This document shows positions 41,805 through 56,093 of a stretch of 64,000 bases of DNA, piece by piece. The stretch is taken from positions 31,496,001 through 31,560,000 of the forward strand of contig OZ024743.1 of the NCBI GenBank assembly GCA_964016885.1. The letters run 5' to 3'. Positions within the stretch are counted from its first letter, which is position 1. The number at the start of each line of letters is the position of its first letter. A program made the translations under genes and the position numbers. The DNA comes from Eledone cirrhosa. Taxonomy: Eukaryota. The notes beneath the pieces are model-generated. The model worked only from the letters and a program-made list of their open reading frames with translations, did not search any database and had not been told where the DNA came from.

Positions 41805-44127
41805 TTATGTAATATTCGGCTTGTAGTGGGAAAAAAGGGTTTTAGTTCTGTGACGGCAGAATAATGTTCGTTCAATTCTGTTATTCAGCAGTTTCTTCTT
41901 GTGTGTGATTATGTAATAAATCTCAAGATTACACAATTTGCAGAAATTTTGGCTCCTGGAAAAGCTTTGGGTTTTAGCTAATTTCTCCCATTTTAGGGTA
42001 AACTTTTGATCGCTATCCCTGAGCGTCCAAGCTTTTTCTGCTAAAGTTGTTACATTTCTTTGGCTCTGGTGTTTTATTGAGTAAGAATGCCTATACAATC
42101 GAGATTTAAACGATGTTGCCGTTGATCACACGTAATACCACTCGTTGCCTCCGGATTTAATGGTACACTTATAAATAATATTTTTTTCCAGGCAGTTATT
42201 GCCGAGGGGGCAGTTGTCGGGATAGGTGCAGTTACAGTTGTGTACGTTGGGTTTTCTCTGGAGTAGTATTGCGGACGAACTTAGGTGTGGTTTATTTATG
42301 TTCTGTAGTGTATTGTCTACTGTTTTTTTGGTGTTCTTTGTACTTAAGTTCTTAGTGTTTTCGTTTAACCTTCTAGTATTGATCTTTTTTATGTGTTGTT
42401 CAAGGTTTAACGCTGTAGAGTATGACAGTCTTATAGTGGTAGGGTTTAGGATTTTGTGGTATTTGTGTGATGTGGGAAAATGTCTTTTAATTATTTTAAA
42501 GAAGAGTACTGGTAAATTTGTACTAATGGAACTATTGTATTCGGGGTTATACCATAAGTACTCTTTGCATCGCTTTCTATTAGTTTTGTTTGTTGGTTTA
42601 CTGGTGTGCATACTATGGTAGTAAGTGTGTTTTGGTGTTGTGTTATTATATCTACCTATGTGGGATTTATTTTGGGTGTTTTGATTGTTCCCATCTATGT
42701 ACTCTATTTTGTTGAGGTAGCCTGCTTTACTAAGGGCGTTATCGTAGTACTCGGCGTGTTCCTTAAATACTTGTATGTTAGAAGATAGACCCGAGATTCT
42801 AAGGGAAATATTTTTAGGGATAGATTTAATTATAGAGATGGGGTGGTTAGACCCAACATTTACGTATTTGAGATTGTCATTCAATTTATGAAACGGTTTA
42901 ATCAAACCCGAGTTTAAATTGAGTGTGACATCCAGGAAGTTAACTACTTTAAGGTTGTATTCATATGTTATAGTTAGTCCTATTTCGAGTAGTAGTTTTC
43001 TTATATCTTTGCGTAGTTTTTCTAGTTTTTGGTTATTAAGGTTTTTAGCTAGGAGGAGAACATCGTCGCGGTATATTCCGCCGTGGAGATTGCTGAATTT
43101 TTCCTGGAGTCTAAAGGCGATAAATAACCCCACAATATCAGTTATTTCCGCCGAATCGTTAGAGCCCATTGTTATGTCAAAGTTAGAGGGTCTATCTTTA
43201 CGTACCCAATAACTGTTCTCAAATTTAACTATAGTTTTCCTAGCTTCTAATATAATCTTAATTTCATCGTTTGTAAGGTCAGAGTTATCCTTAGCAAACT
43301 TAATGGCTCTATTCAAAGTTTCAGGTGATATCGATGAGTAATATTCATCGATATCAAACTGGATAAACTTAGATTTATTCTTATTGCTAATGCTATTAAA
43401 CCATCTTATTGCTTCTTGGGTCTTCCCCCAGAGTTTAATGTTAACCTTAGCCTTAATTTGGGGGATGATTCTATCTAAGATATATTTGCTTATTTTACCT
43501 ATATCTGATTTAGAGGGGCAGATTAATCTAATTTTAGGGTCATTGTCAAAGTTTACCTTGTGGTCCTTAAGATTGAAGGTGGGTACCGCCGGTAAGAGTG
43601 GTCCTGTCCTATCTTCGATTCCGAGATTTTTCACTATTTCGCATGCCTCATCATTGATGTGCTTAAGGGTTACTTCACTCGTTTTTCTATATTTTTTATG
43701 TAATTCTTTTCGAATGAAGTTGTTGTATGTAGTGCAATCCATATTGTACAGGTTTGATGTTTTGTCCGCTTTTACTACAATTCCTTTGGTGTTTTTAAGG
43801 TCGTCCAGTAGTTTTTTTTATATCTTTCTGTAATTTGCTGTTGGTGTTGCGTCCTTTGAATTTAATTTTAAGGATTAAGTTCATAAGGTCCTGCTCAAAT
43901 GCATCTAATAGTGGGTTGGTGGGTGGGTTTTTACAAGTCCTAAAACCGAATTTGTTGTTTACACCACTTTCTAATGTTGAGTTCATACGGCTTCTATCAT
44001 AGTGGAGCGTTTTCCACCTGACACGTCGAATGAATTCATTAGTTTTTTGAATCATACTCAATAAATATTCCTTTCTACCTTGGGTTGGTATGTTTTTGAG
44101 TGACATATCCAGGTAGTGTTTTTCCAT
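41805..44127 (-). pseudogene. PLE-D RT/GIY-YIG polyprotein, nearly intact
   Basis: Motifs SLKNIP, RRVRWK, FGFRT, ADKT, LKDHK, RLICP, FDIDEYY, MGSNDSAE, YRDD, NFLDVTL, NCNC..CPLGNNCL, IIYKC and CKLC..CRH. Homopolymer frameshifting at about 43790-43820 and one in-frame TGA at 42126-42128. Confidence 0.92.
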
Positions 44128-44331
44128 TGTTGTGGTTGCGTTTGCTGTGTGGGTTGCTCGACTTTACAGGAGGTAAATATACAGTATTTTCCGTTGTGTT
44201 GTAATATAAATATTACACACAGTAGATTATCAGCTCACGTAGAGTTTGCTCGACGGTTTCAGTTGTAGTTCCAAAAGTAATCCGGAGAAAAATAGAAAGA
44301 TTTGAATGGATACAGTATAGTTGAAAGGAAT

Positions 44332-44451
44332 TTATTGACACGTGTTTCTATAACAGTTACATAACCTAAAACAGCTGCTATCTACAAACTTTTAGTTATG
44401 CAGACATTCAATATTTCAATGTTATTATTTACTGTCATTTCATCAGAATAA
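44332..44451 (-). ncRNA. Hammerhead ribozyme (PLE-D 5' pLTR)
   Basis: Same motif as 40794-40913. Confidence 0.78.
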
Positions 44452-45008
44452 TATTACTGAGGACCTATTTAGTTTTTATAGAGAATATTAGGAGGGAGGG
44501 GTGAAGTTGTTAGAGGAATAGTTGAAGGAGTGGTTTTTCGATAGCAGTGAGAATTCTTGGTGGCAGTGAGTAATTAGATTCCCATCTGTTGTTTTGACAT
44601 TTTTTATAGAATACATTATTGGTTATTTTTCTAAATCTATAGAAGGATTAGAGATAGTAAAGATATGCGTGGTTGGTTTTGTGTTTGCACTTAATTAACA
44701 TTCAGACTTAAATTTCTTTTCTTTCAAGTGTAAGTATCCTTTCACCCACGCATTCACACACATATATTTGCACACCTCTACAAAATACATATACTCACAA
44801 TTCACATATTCATACTTACATATATATACACATGCATACACATATATATACACACATGTATTCATGTACATACATACGCGCTCATGTGTATACATTTTCA
44901 TACTCAACTTATCTTTATATACACACGTATAGACACACACATATATACATACATACTCTAGTCCATGTGTACACACATACACATACATACACATCTATAT
45001 ACACATAT

Positions 45009-45059
<51 letters not shown>

Positions 45060-45378
45060 AGCACTTTAATACATGAATACACTTACATCTAACTATACAC
45101 ATCAAACATATATATATATTTACTTATTTATATACATTTTCACATATATATACATACTTATGGACGTTTTTAGACACATTCATTATCGCATATTTGCACC
45201 TATTCTCATCAGCATATCTTTCCATTATTAGTGTGGTAATTTAAGGTTATTAATATATGTTGAGAAGAGATTGTTTTTATATTTTTCTAATAAAAACCAC
45301 TCCTTCAACTATTCCTCTAACAACTTCACCCCTCCCTCCTAATATTCTCTATAAAAACTAAATAGGTCCTCAGTAATA

Positions 45379-45498
45379 TTATTCTGATGAAATGACAGTA
45401 AATAATAACATTGAAATATTGAATATCTGCATAACTAAAAGTTTGTAGATAGCAGCTGTTTTAGGTTATGTAACTGTTATAGAAACACGTGTCAATAA
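45379..45498 (+). ncRNA. Type I hammerhead ribozyme (PLE-D inverted arm)
   Basis: TTATT-CTGATGA-AATGACAGT...ACTGTTATA-GAAA-CACGTG-TC-AATAA. GUC triplet and palindromic stem III. Confidence 0.8.
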
Positions 45499-45645
45499 AT
45501 TCCTTTCAACTAAACTGTATCCATTCAAATCTTTCTATTTTTCTCCGGATTACTTTTGGAACTACAACTGAAACCGTCGAGCAAACTCTACGTGAGCTGA
45601 TAATCTACTGTGTGTAATATTTATATTACAACACAACGGAAAATA

Positions 45646-45743
<98 letters not shown>

Positions 45744-45754
45744 ATATATATATA

Positions 45755-45807
<53 letters not shown>

Positions 45808-45820
45808 ATATATATATATG

Positions 45821-45914
<94 letters not shown>

Positions 45915-46231
45915 ACGAAGGAATTGTGGTAAGGAACCAGATGGACCATAACGCACCAAAGTACTCAATACTTAGGGTAGCAGAGTGGGTATCGCCATCA
46001 ATACTCTCACCGTTAGGGTCTAACGTATGGTAACCATATTGGCAACATTTATAGACATTTCTTCCAAATGTAAGTCATATCATAGAAAATGATTTCGATG
46101 AAACTAAAAGCTTTTTTCAATATATAGCAAAATATATAATTCATTTATATACTCGACAATGAATTGTTGTCATGATCATATCACTACCATTAGTTAGTGT
46201 TCTAGGAGTAAGTTTTATTACTTATTATTGT

Positions 46232-46628
46232 GGTGGTGGATTGACAGTATCGGTAGAGAGTCGGACGCAATGCTTTGCAGCAAAAAGTTACGGCCCTTTA
46301 CGGTCTGAGTTCAAATCATGCCGAGGTTAACTTTGACTTTCATCCTTACGGAAATAAAGTATCAGTAATGCACCGGGATAATTCCTGGTCTTGTACCAAA
46401 AGTAGAAACAATTATCTATTATTGTGGTGGTGGTGGTGGATTGGCAGTATCGGGAGAAGGTCGGACGCCATGCTTTGACGCATAGAATCACGGCCCTTGC
46501 CATTCTGAGTTCAAATCCCGCTGAGGTTAACTTTGCCTTTCATTCTTACGGGGTCGATAAAATAATGTACCAGTAATGTACTGGATAATTGCTGGCCTTG
46601 TGCCAAAAGTAGAAAAAATTATTTATTA
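46232..46628 (+). mobile_element. Two tandem tRNA-derived SINEs
   Basis: Copies at 46232-46415 and 46432-46628, each with an A-box-like GGCAGTATCGG variant, B-box GAGTTCAAATC, a Meta-domain-like body and an AT-rich tail. Confidence 0.88.
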
Positions 46629-47275
46629 TTGTGTTCATTTGTAACATATTGCGTGTATATTCGACACTGAAATTTAAGAAAGAATAAATATAAAACCAAA
46701 TCAATTACAGTATCCACTTCTCAATATTTCTGACATCATTATAAATTTATTTCACAATATTATATAACGCGATATAAAATTAATTTAGTCTAAAATCAAT
46801 TTATGACATCAAGGATGTCTTGAAGTTATATCTTCAATCAAACATCAAAAACCTAATTTAGAAGACACTAAAAAGAAAATAGTATAAGTTATGTCTGTTT
46901 GCACACTCAAATAATATGATAAATGATCTTAGAGAGTTATACTGACAACATTTTACACACAATATATTAGATATCACACCAGTGTCAATGTATAGCTCCC
47001 TAAAGATATCTGATATATAAACATATGCTTCTATTAGTGTGTTGTATGAGACAAATATGTTTTCTAAGCGGAAGAAGTGATAGAAAATCTGAGAAACAAT
47101 AAATGATTGACTTCATTTTGTCTGTGACCAAAATAACACACACTGTGTTGCTTGATATAAGTAGATGCAACACATATAACCGTATGTATTACATCTACTC
47201 ACACATACACGCACACACACATACACACACGCGCATATATATACACACATATATATATATATGTATATATATTTA

Positions 47276-47327
<52 letters not shown>

Positions 47328-47396
47328 ACGTAAAATAAGAAAATTTCTTTAAAAAAATTTTTTTTTTTTAAATTAACTTACTTACTTAAATTTTCA

Positions 47397-47476
47397 CTCC
47401 AACTAATTAGTTTCTGCAATGGGATAAAGACAGTTACGTAATGAACTGTTGAGAATTTCATTGCGTCATCAGGGAG
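47397..47476 (-). ncRNA. Type I hammerhead ribozyme
   Basis: Minus strand CTCC-CTGATGA-CGCAATG...CATTGCA-GAAA-CTAATTAG-TT-GGAG, in a short repeat between (TA)n runs. Confidence 0.75.
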
Positions 47477-47508
47477 GTCATTCTCAGCCGAGTCTCCAGG
47501 CGATGCGC

Positions 47509-47607
<99 letters not shown>

Positions 47608-47614
47608 GGTGTGT

Positions 47615-47646
<32 letters not shown>

Positions 47647-47654
47647 ATGCGTGT

Positions 47655-47838
47655 GTATTCAAAAAAAGGAAAAGAATGATTTCACTTATAGTTCTAAAGA
47701 ATTTGATTTAATTTTATAATATTATGATTTGGTAGCTCTACCAAATCATAATATTATAAAATTAAATCATATTATTTAGAAAAACATATGAAGTCATTAT
47801 TTTCATTTTTTTAAATATATCTAACTGTACCAAGGACT
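47655..47838. repeat. AT-rich fold-back repeat; related copy at about 56587-56697
   Basis: TGATTTAATTTTATAATATTATGATTTGGTAG-CT-CTACCAAATCATAATATTATAAAATTAAATCA. Confidence 0.7.
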
Positions 47839-48055
47839 TGATGAAAACATTCTTCGCAATCACTTTGCGTCACGGTCGGGATGCTACCTATCATTCTGTA
47901 TCTCCCCATGCATTGAGTACTCCCATGATTTGTGGTATCCTTGGTCCCAGCACCATATACTCTCTCTCACTCTCTCTCATGCTCACATTCTACCACCGAG
48001 CTCATGGCAGACCCTCTGCTTCGCGAATATATATATATATACATATATCTATACA

Positions 48056-48846
48056 GGCAAAAAAGATATCAGATGCTGAATTTGACGGCGACATAGTCTT
48101 GGTGACAAATACAGTGAAGGAGGCAGAGGATCTGATGCAGGGGGTTGAGACTGTGTCGATGAGTGTGGGGCTGAGAATGAATGAGACTAAAACAAAATAT
48201 TTAGTAGAGAATGTTGAGAAGACAGAGGGGATCACTAATATAGGCGGGAAGCTGCTAGAATTGGTTGAGGACTTCCTGTATTTGGGAGCAAAGATTGGGA
48301 ATACGGAAGATGATGTGGTTGAGAGGAAGAGCAAAGCCTTGGCGGCGTGCCACAGCTTGAGATCGGTGTGAAAGTCGGACCTTCGTAGAGACCTGAAAAT
48401 CCGCCTCTTCATTGTTGTAGTGGAGTCTGTGCTGCTGTACGGGTCTGAGACTTGTACACTGACCAAGAAACTCACTCAGATGGTGGATGGGTGCTACACG
48501 AGAATGCTGGGGATGACTCTGAACATTAATCAGTATACACTGAGGATGAAAAACTCAAAGCTGTAAGGCAGCCTCCCAAAAGTCAGCTCAAAAGTGACAC
48601 ACAGGAGACTTAGGTTGGCTGGACATGCTCACCGACATCCAGAGTTGACATTGCCAACAGTGATCCTGTGGGAGATCCTACATGGACACACTGGAAGAGG
48701 TAGACCAAGGTTAACGTATGTTGATAACCTAAGGACAGACACTGGTCTGTTGGAGACGCAGGACATGGCAGCGATAATGAGGGACAGAGACTGCTGGAGA
48801 GAACACGTCCAGGGATCTCGGAAATGTTACCGCCCTAGAATAGAAT
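48056..48846 (+). mobile_element. 5'-truncated degenerate copy of the RTE LINE
   Basis: Collinear with 22050-22833, with stops (e.g. TGA at 48369) and FADD>FDGD. (TAGAA)n tail, (TA)n on both sides. Confidence 0.93.
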
Positions 48847-49480
48847 ATATATATATATATATATATATCCACGTCTTAGCCACAAACAAATATAAATCAT
48901 TTTTACAAATGACAAATGTTTTCACACAGTAGAAAACATAACGCCAGTTCGACCTATTAGAAATAGCAGAGAAACAAACGCACAAAGGAAATAAAGAGAG
49001 TCAATATCAGTCTTTAAAAGATTATATGTATATGTATATATCCATATATATGTATATATATTTTTTTATATATATATGGTTGAATATGTGTATACAGGTG
49101 ATCATTTATAAACCTATGAATATTATATACAAGTGTGTGTAGATGCTTGTATGAACCTTTGTTCGACCCGCGAAGACTTGGCTTTTTTAAAGTCACCCAT
49201 TGCTCGCCTTCTCTAGGTCAATCACTGGATTATTTGATTTTTCTTGGAGGCTATAGGTGTTTACCATTGCTCCATCTCGCCTAATAATTTGCCGCTGTTG
49301 GTCCGTGGTTTCTTTTTCGTCCGGCTGTTGGTCGCTGGTATCGCATAATATTGCGTGGCCGTATCATTGCCACCTAAATGCGAACCATTCTGTAGCAGAA
49401 TAGTTCTGCTTCCCAAATTTATATACACAAACACACGCACACACACGCAGCACATATATATATATATATATATAAATATA

Positions 49481-50326
49481 TAAATGGAATAGAATGAAAC
49501 GAAATTTCATTTCTCACTCTTAGTACGGCACTTACTTAAATGATGTATGTATGTATACGTACATACATATATGTATACAGACGTACAGTAGCATGTATAT
49601 ATATACATACAGGCACACATATATATATATATATATGCACGTATCAGTTTACCGAACATTTATTATAATGCTCGGTTTGTTCGTTTGTAAACCAACAAAC
49701 AGCCTGAATTACGCCGTACAGTGTTTAGGCAACCACATCAACTTTTTGTTCAACACTGACACAGGAACGATGTACTAGTTTCAAGCGTATTAGCTATCGT
49801 CAGCACCGTATACTTTTCTGCCAGATGGTTGAACGTTCGAAAGTATATACTTTCCTTATGAAAATTAACGGCTGAGCAGCCTAATTTGCATATCGAGTTA
49901 GTTCAGTCGGCCAGGCGCACCGAAAACGATAAATGGAATAGAATGAAACGAAATTTCATTTCTCACTCTTAGGACGGCACTTACTTAAATGCAAGTATGT
50001 ATGTATACGTACATACATATATGTATACAGACGTACAGTAGCATGTATATATATACATACAGGCACACATATATATGTATGCTCGTATCAGTTTACCGAA
50101 CATTTATTATAATGCTCGGTTTGTTCGTTTGTAAACAAACAAACAGCCTGAATTACGCCGTACAGTGTTTAGGCAACCACGTCACCTTTTTGTTCAACAC
50201 TCACACAGGAACGATGTTCGGTAAACTGATACGTGCATATATATATGTGTGCCTGTATGTATATATATACATGCTACTGTACGTCTGTATACATATATGT
50301 ATGTACGTATACATACATACTTGCAT
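49481..50326 (-). mobile_element. Retrozyme-like non-coding tandem element (~444-449-nt unit) with inverted 5' arm
   Basis: 49481-49772 is repeated at 49930-50216. 50214-50326 is inverted. HHR at 49768-49808. Another copy at 52291-52680. Confidence 0.78.
49768..49808 (-). ncRNA. Minimal type I hammerhead ribozyme
   Basis: Minus strand CGGTG-CTGACGA-TAGCTAATACGCTT-GAAA-CTAG-TA-CATCG. Confidence 0.8.
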
Positions 50327-50338
50327 ATAAATATATAA

Positions 50339-50380
<42 letters not shown>

Positions 50381-50385
<5 letters not shown>

Positions 50386-50559
50386 TTTCTACTATTGGCA
50401 CAAGGCCAGCAATTATATCAGTGCATTACTGGTACTTTATTTTATCGACCCCGTAGGGGTGAAAGGTAGAGTTAACCTCGGCTGGATTTGAGCTCAGATC
50501 ATAAAGGGGCGTAACTCTATGCTCCAAAGCATGGCGTCCGACCCTCTATCGATACCGCC

Positions 50560-50560
<1 letters not shown>
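50381..50560 (-). mobile_element. tRNA-derived SINE
   Basis: Same family as 46432 and 54093. Confidence 0.85.
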
Positions 50561-50590
<30 letters not shown>

Positions 50591-50835
50591 CATAATGTTC
50601 ATCAATGACCAAGTAACCTTACCAACAGTGCAGCGTGCAGTATGATACGACGATGTTACTATAATTTTATAGTCCCATTAAATCTAGAGCCATTGGAAAC
50701 ATCAGGATCCATAGGTCATATCGTTGTTTTATAGATTTTTAGTCTGATTTAACTATCCCTTTATATTTCCCACCGTCTGCTCCCCGTCAATGAGTAAAAT
50801 TTGTTACATCACTCTTTTTTCTCTCTTTTTTTCTT

Positions 50836-50875
<40 letters not shown>

Positions 50876-51850
50876 AGTATATTTATACACACACATATAT
50901 ATATATATATAAACATATATATATATATATGTGTGTGTGTATTTGATGCTACTAATTAAGAACCAGTTACATTGACATGACAAAAAGTATAGTCCTAAAT
51001 TTTAACAGCAACCGACACCAGTATGAAGATTTGGCTGAGATTGTTTGCAGAAACAGCCTTCAGGCTAGCTTGTCAGATATCACTGATATCAAATTATTAC
51101 ACTTGCATGTTTTATTACATGGATAGATCGTTATATTAGTACAGTACGTGTGTGCGCATGCAATGTACTTAGCTGTGTACATGTTATAGAATAATGTTTT
51201 CCGATAAAACGGACTACGGGGAATACTAACATATCCCAGGTGGTACAGCGAACGCGAAACAGATTAATCTTGCTACCCAAGAAAACATTCAGTCCACCCA
51301 ACCGCCTTCTGCATAGATTATGTCCACTTTCACCTCCAACACATATGTTCCTTGTATTAGAATTTGAATTCACGGCATTACGGTGGTATATCATTATCAA
51401 CTGAGCATGTATGTAGAGTGATGTATGTTACATATACGCCTATTAGATACAAACATAAAGATTATATATTTTTAAATGGTCTTGATCTTCAAAGTCAACC
51501 ATAAAGGAATAAAAAATAAATAAACAAAATTCAATTCGCGAAGATCCAATTTATTCCTATGTTATTCTTTAGAAATATCACCATAGCAGCGTAAAACGAA
51601 TAATGCATTTCGTCTTACATGTCTCAGGTCCTGATTGGTTAGCAAAGTATTTTCGACAAAAGAACTTCTGTTCAGATGTAAATTGTATGTTATCCACGAC
51701 AACGCATTGTTACTAGCTGTGACATACTTGACCTTTCAATAATCAATAAGCTACTGAGATCCTTCATCCATATTCGTAGGATGTAATGTTGAGATGAAAG
51801 TGAACTCTCTCTCTCTCTGCCACTCTCTCTCTCTCTATCTATCTCTCTTA

Positions 51851-51925
<75 letters not shown>

Positions 51926-52290
51926 GCTCTCTCTCTCTCTCCCTCTCTCTTGTGGAATATGATTTGAATTGAAAAAGAGAATATTCGGATTTCATTAAAA
52001 TCACGTCAAAAGATATGTATCGTTATGTGTTGTATGTATCTATTATTTTCATAAATTTATCACTTACTTGATTGATTATTCTTATTTACACGCAATCTCA
52101 TATGTCACTACCTTAGATAATTCTATTGTTGTTCCATTGAATGGATATTTTTGTCATGTTTCCAATTTGCGGTGGCTTATACACACAAACAAAGAGAGGG
52201 CCACAGACACATACACAAAAGAATGTACATATACACACACACATATTTGTGTGTGATTTATGCATATATATATATATAAATATATATATG

Positions 52291-52345
52291 TAAGTATGTA
52301 TGTATACGTACATACATATATGTATACAGACGTACAGTAGCATGC

Positions 52346-52376
<31 letters not shown>

Positions 52377-52680
52377 CAGGTACACATACATATATGTACG
52401 TATCAGTTTAGCGGACGCTTATTATAACGCCCGCTTTGTTCGTTTGTAAACAAACTGAACAGCCTGAATTTATGCCGTACGGTGTTAAGGCAACCACGTC
52501 ACCTTTTTGTTCAACACTGACACAGGAACGATGTACTAGTTTCAAGCTTGTTAGCTATAATCAGCACCATATACCCTTCTGCCAGATGTATACATATATG
52601 TATGTACGTATACATACATACTTACATTTAAGTAAGTGCCGTACTAAGAGTGAGAAATGAAATTTCGTTTTCATTTTATT
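52291..52680 (-). mobile_element. Second locus of the 444-nt retrozyme-like family, HHR core mutated
   Basis: Homologous to 49545-49828. The HHR at 52529-52568 reads CTGATTA (G8>T). Inverted arm at 52587-52680. Confidence 0.75.
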
Positions 52681-52689
52681 ACAACTTAA

Positions 52690-53112
<423 letters not shown>

Positions 53113-54092
53113 TACAAAACAAACGGAGGTTTCAAGCGGCAAATTATTAGATCATTTTACAATACTTTCACCTCATGAGATGATATGTATATTTACTACA
53201 GCTTTAGAGATTTTCCAATCCGACATAATGTTTTTGTTGGCAATATATAGATCCCAAAGCACTTTTCTGGAACGCAAATTTCTTTTATCTGAACTGCGTA
53301 TTTTAAATTTTTTAAATATTCTCCAGAATCTTTTACTGTAACACTAAATGTAGAATAATTTAGAAGAAAAACGTCTTAGCCAGAAACAAATAAAAATAAT
53401 TTTTACAAATGACAAATGTTTTCACACAGTAGAAATTATAACGCTAGTTGGACCTATTAGCAATAGCAGAGAAACACACGCACACAGGAAATAAAGAGAG
53501 TCAATATAAGTCTTTAAAAGAATAAATACTGAGTTAAACAAGGAGAGACATTTATGTTGATGTCTGTATGTATTGAAAGCTATGTTATTGTAACCATTCT
53601 CAACGTCTAATACTTTGCTTGTGTTAGAATATTATATTTACGTATACTGTGTGAAGATAATTCCAGTCGCCCTCTCACGTATACATGCACACACGCACAT
53701 ATACACAAATACATATTCAGACGTGCAGTTGTGTTTTGTTCATTTTGCTCCCATCTCTCATTCGTTTGTATTCCAATATCTTACTCTCCTGCAAATATCT
53801 TCCACTCAGTTTCGTAACGGTGTTCCAGCTGTGACCATGTATTGTCATTTATAACAGCGTTCGAACCATATGCATCCTCTTTTTTTAACGGTTCTCTACC
53901 CATACCTGTCCATTTGTATTGCATCTGCGACCACCCAAATCATTTTCAAATGTTTTAATGCGAATTTTTTTTAAAGTCTTCCAGCGGTTACAACTGGTAG
54001 AGTTACCATGATTCTCGTTGAATAAAACGGTCACAATGTTGGAGAATCATTTAGCGCGCAACAATGAGCACCATTATATTAATGAGTTTCAG

Positions 54093-54280
54093 AGGCGGGG
54101 AATTAGCAGTATCGGTAGAGGGTTGGACGCCATGCTTTCTAGCATAGTTACGTCCCTTTACAGTCTCAGTTCAAATCCCGCTGAGGTTAACTTTGCCTTT
54201 CATCCTTACGGGGTCGATAAAATAAAGTACCAGTAATGTACTGGGTATTTGCTGGCCTTGTGCCTAAAGTATAAACAATT
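54093..54280 (+). mobile_element. Full-length tRNA-derived SINE with target-site duplication
   Basis: A/B boxes and conserved body. ATTATATTAATGAGTT occurs at 54073-54088 and 54278-54293. Confidence 0.9.
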
Positions 54281-55163
54281 ATATTAATGAGTTCCAATAA
54301 ACTAAAAAATAATTAATATTAATTATATACATAAATTTACAATTGACTTCATAATATTTTACATGCAGAGGAATAATATGAATTGTGAAAAATCCATTCC
54401 AGATGTGATCATCCAGTTTCATTTGTGATAGTACGAGCAAGGATTATCACTGGCAGATTTCAAAATGGTGTGGTTATTTTGTGTGCATGTGCCTACACGT
54501 GTGATATCACATGCACTCGTCTATGCGTAGTTATCTCTGTAATGGCTATGTGCATTCTTCCACACTTAAGTTACAAAGTGTTAACACAGATGATTTTTAT
54601 GAAACTTTAGGTTACGTTTGTCTTTTTTTTTATTTTTTATTTTTATAACAGTGTCAAATTATTACGCCCACACATATATTTGTATGGCAAGCCAAATCTA
54701 AACTTATACTCTATAGTATTTGGGAATGAAATGTCTTCTTGGACTATATTAAACTACAAACATCTTAATAATCGACATGGTTACGGATAGAATCATTTAG
54801 TTCTTCACTGTATTGAATCAGCATTGACAGGAGTCTAATCAATAAGACCTTTTGGTGAACATCTGTCGTGATTAACAATATACGATAATTGCAAGGCCTT
54901 GCTGGTAAAATGTTAGATTATAAATTAGAATATATAGATTTGTGACCTTAATTTTACGATGCAGCTGTCAAGCTCCTTTCGTGATTAACAAAACGAACAG
55001 GTGATCCTGTGATTTTACTAATGTCCTTGCTTTAAGTGGACTAAATTGATCGGAAGATAATTTACTGATATTTCGCTAGGGCAATATATAAATGTTTAAC
55101 GAAATTTACTCACATATTACACTCACGTACACACAAGCACACGCACCCACACACACAAACAAA

Positions 55164-55240
<77 letters not shown>

Positions 55241-55244
55241 TATA

Positions 55245-56093
<849 letters not shown>

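Larger units (their letters stand above)
40755..45652 (-). mobile_element. Penelope-like element PLE-D (Naiad-type), full length with tandem and inverted pseudo-LTRs
   Basis: Near-identical direct repeats 40755-41766 and 44293-45290. 45292-45652 is the reverse complement of 44177-44538. The complete ORF lies between the repeats. Confidence 0.95.

Noticed and set aside
46232-46628. tRNA-like A and B boxes
   Set aside because: These are SINE heads with a conserved non-tRNA body and multiple copies, with no full cloverleaf.
51131-51410. GC-richer unique island with an 89-aa minus-strand ORF
   Set aside because: No recognisable motif in any frame. It might be a decayed exon of the RPTP relic, but this cannot be supported.
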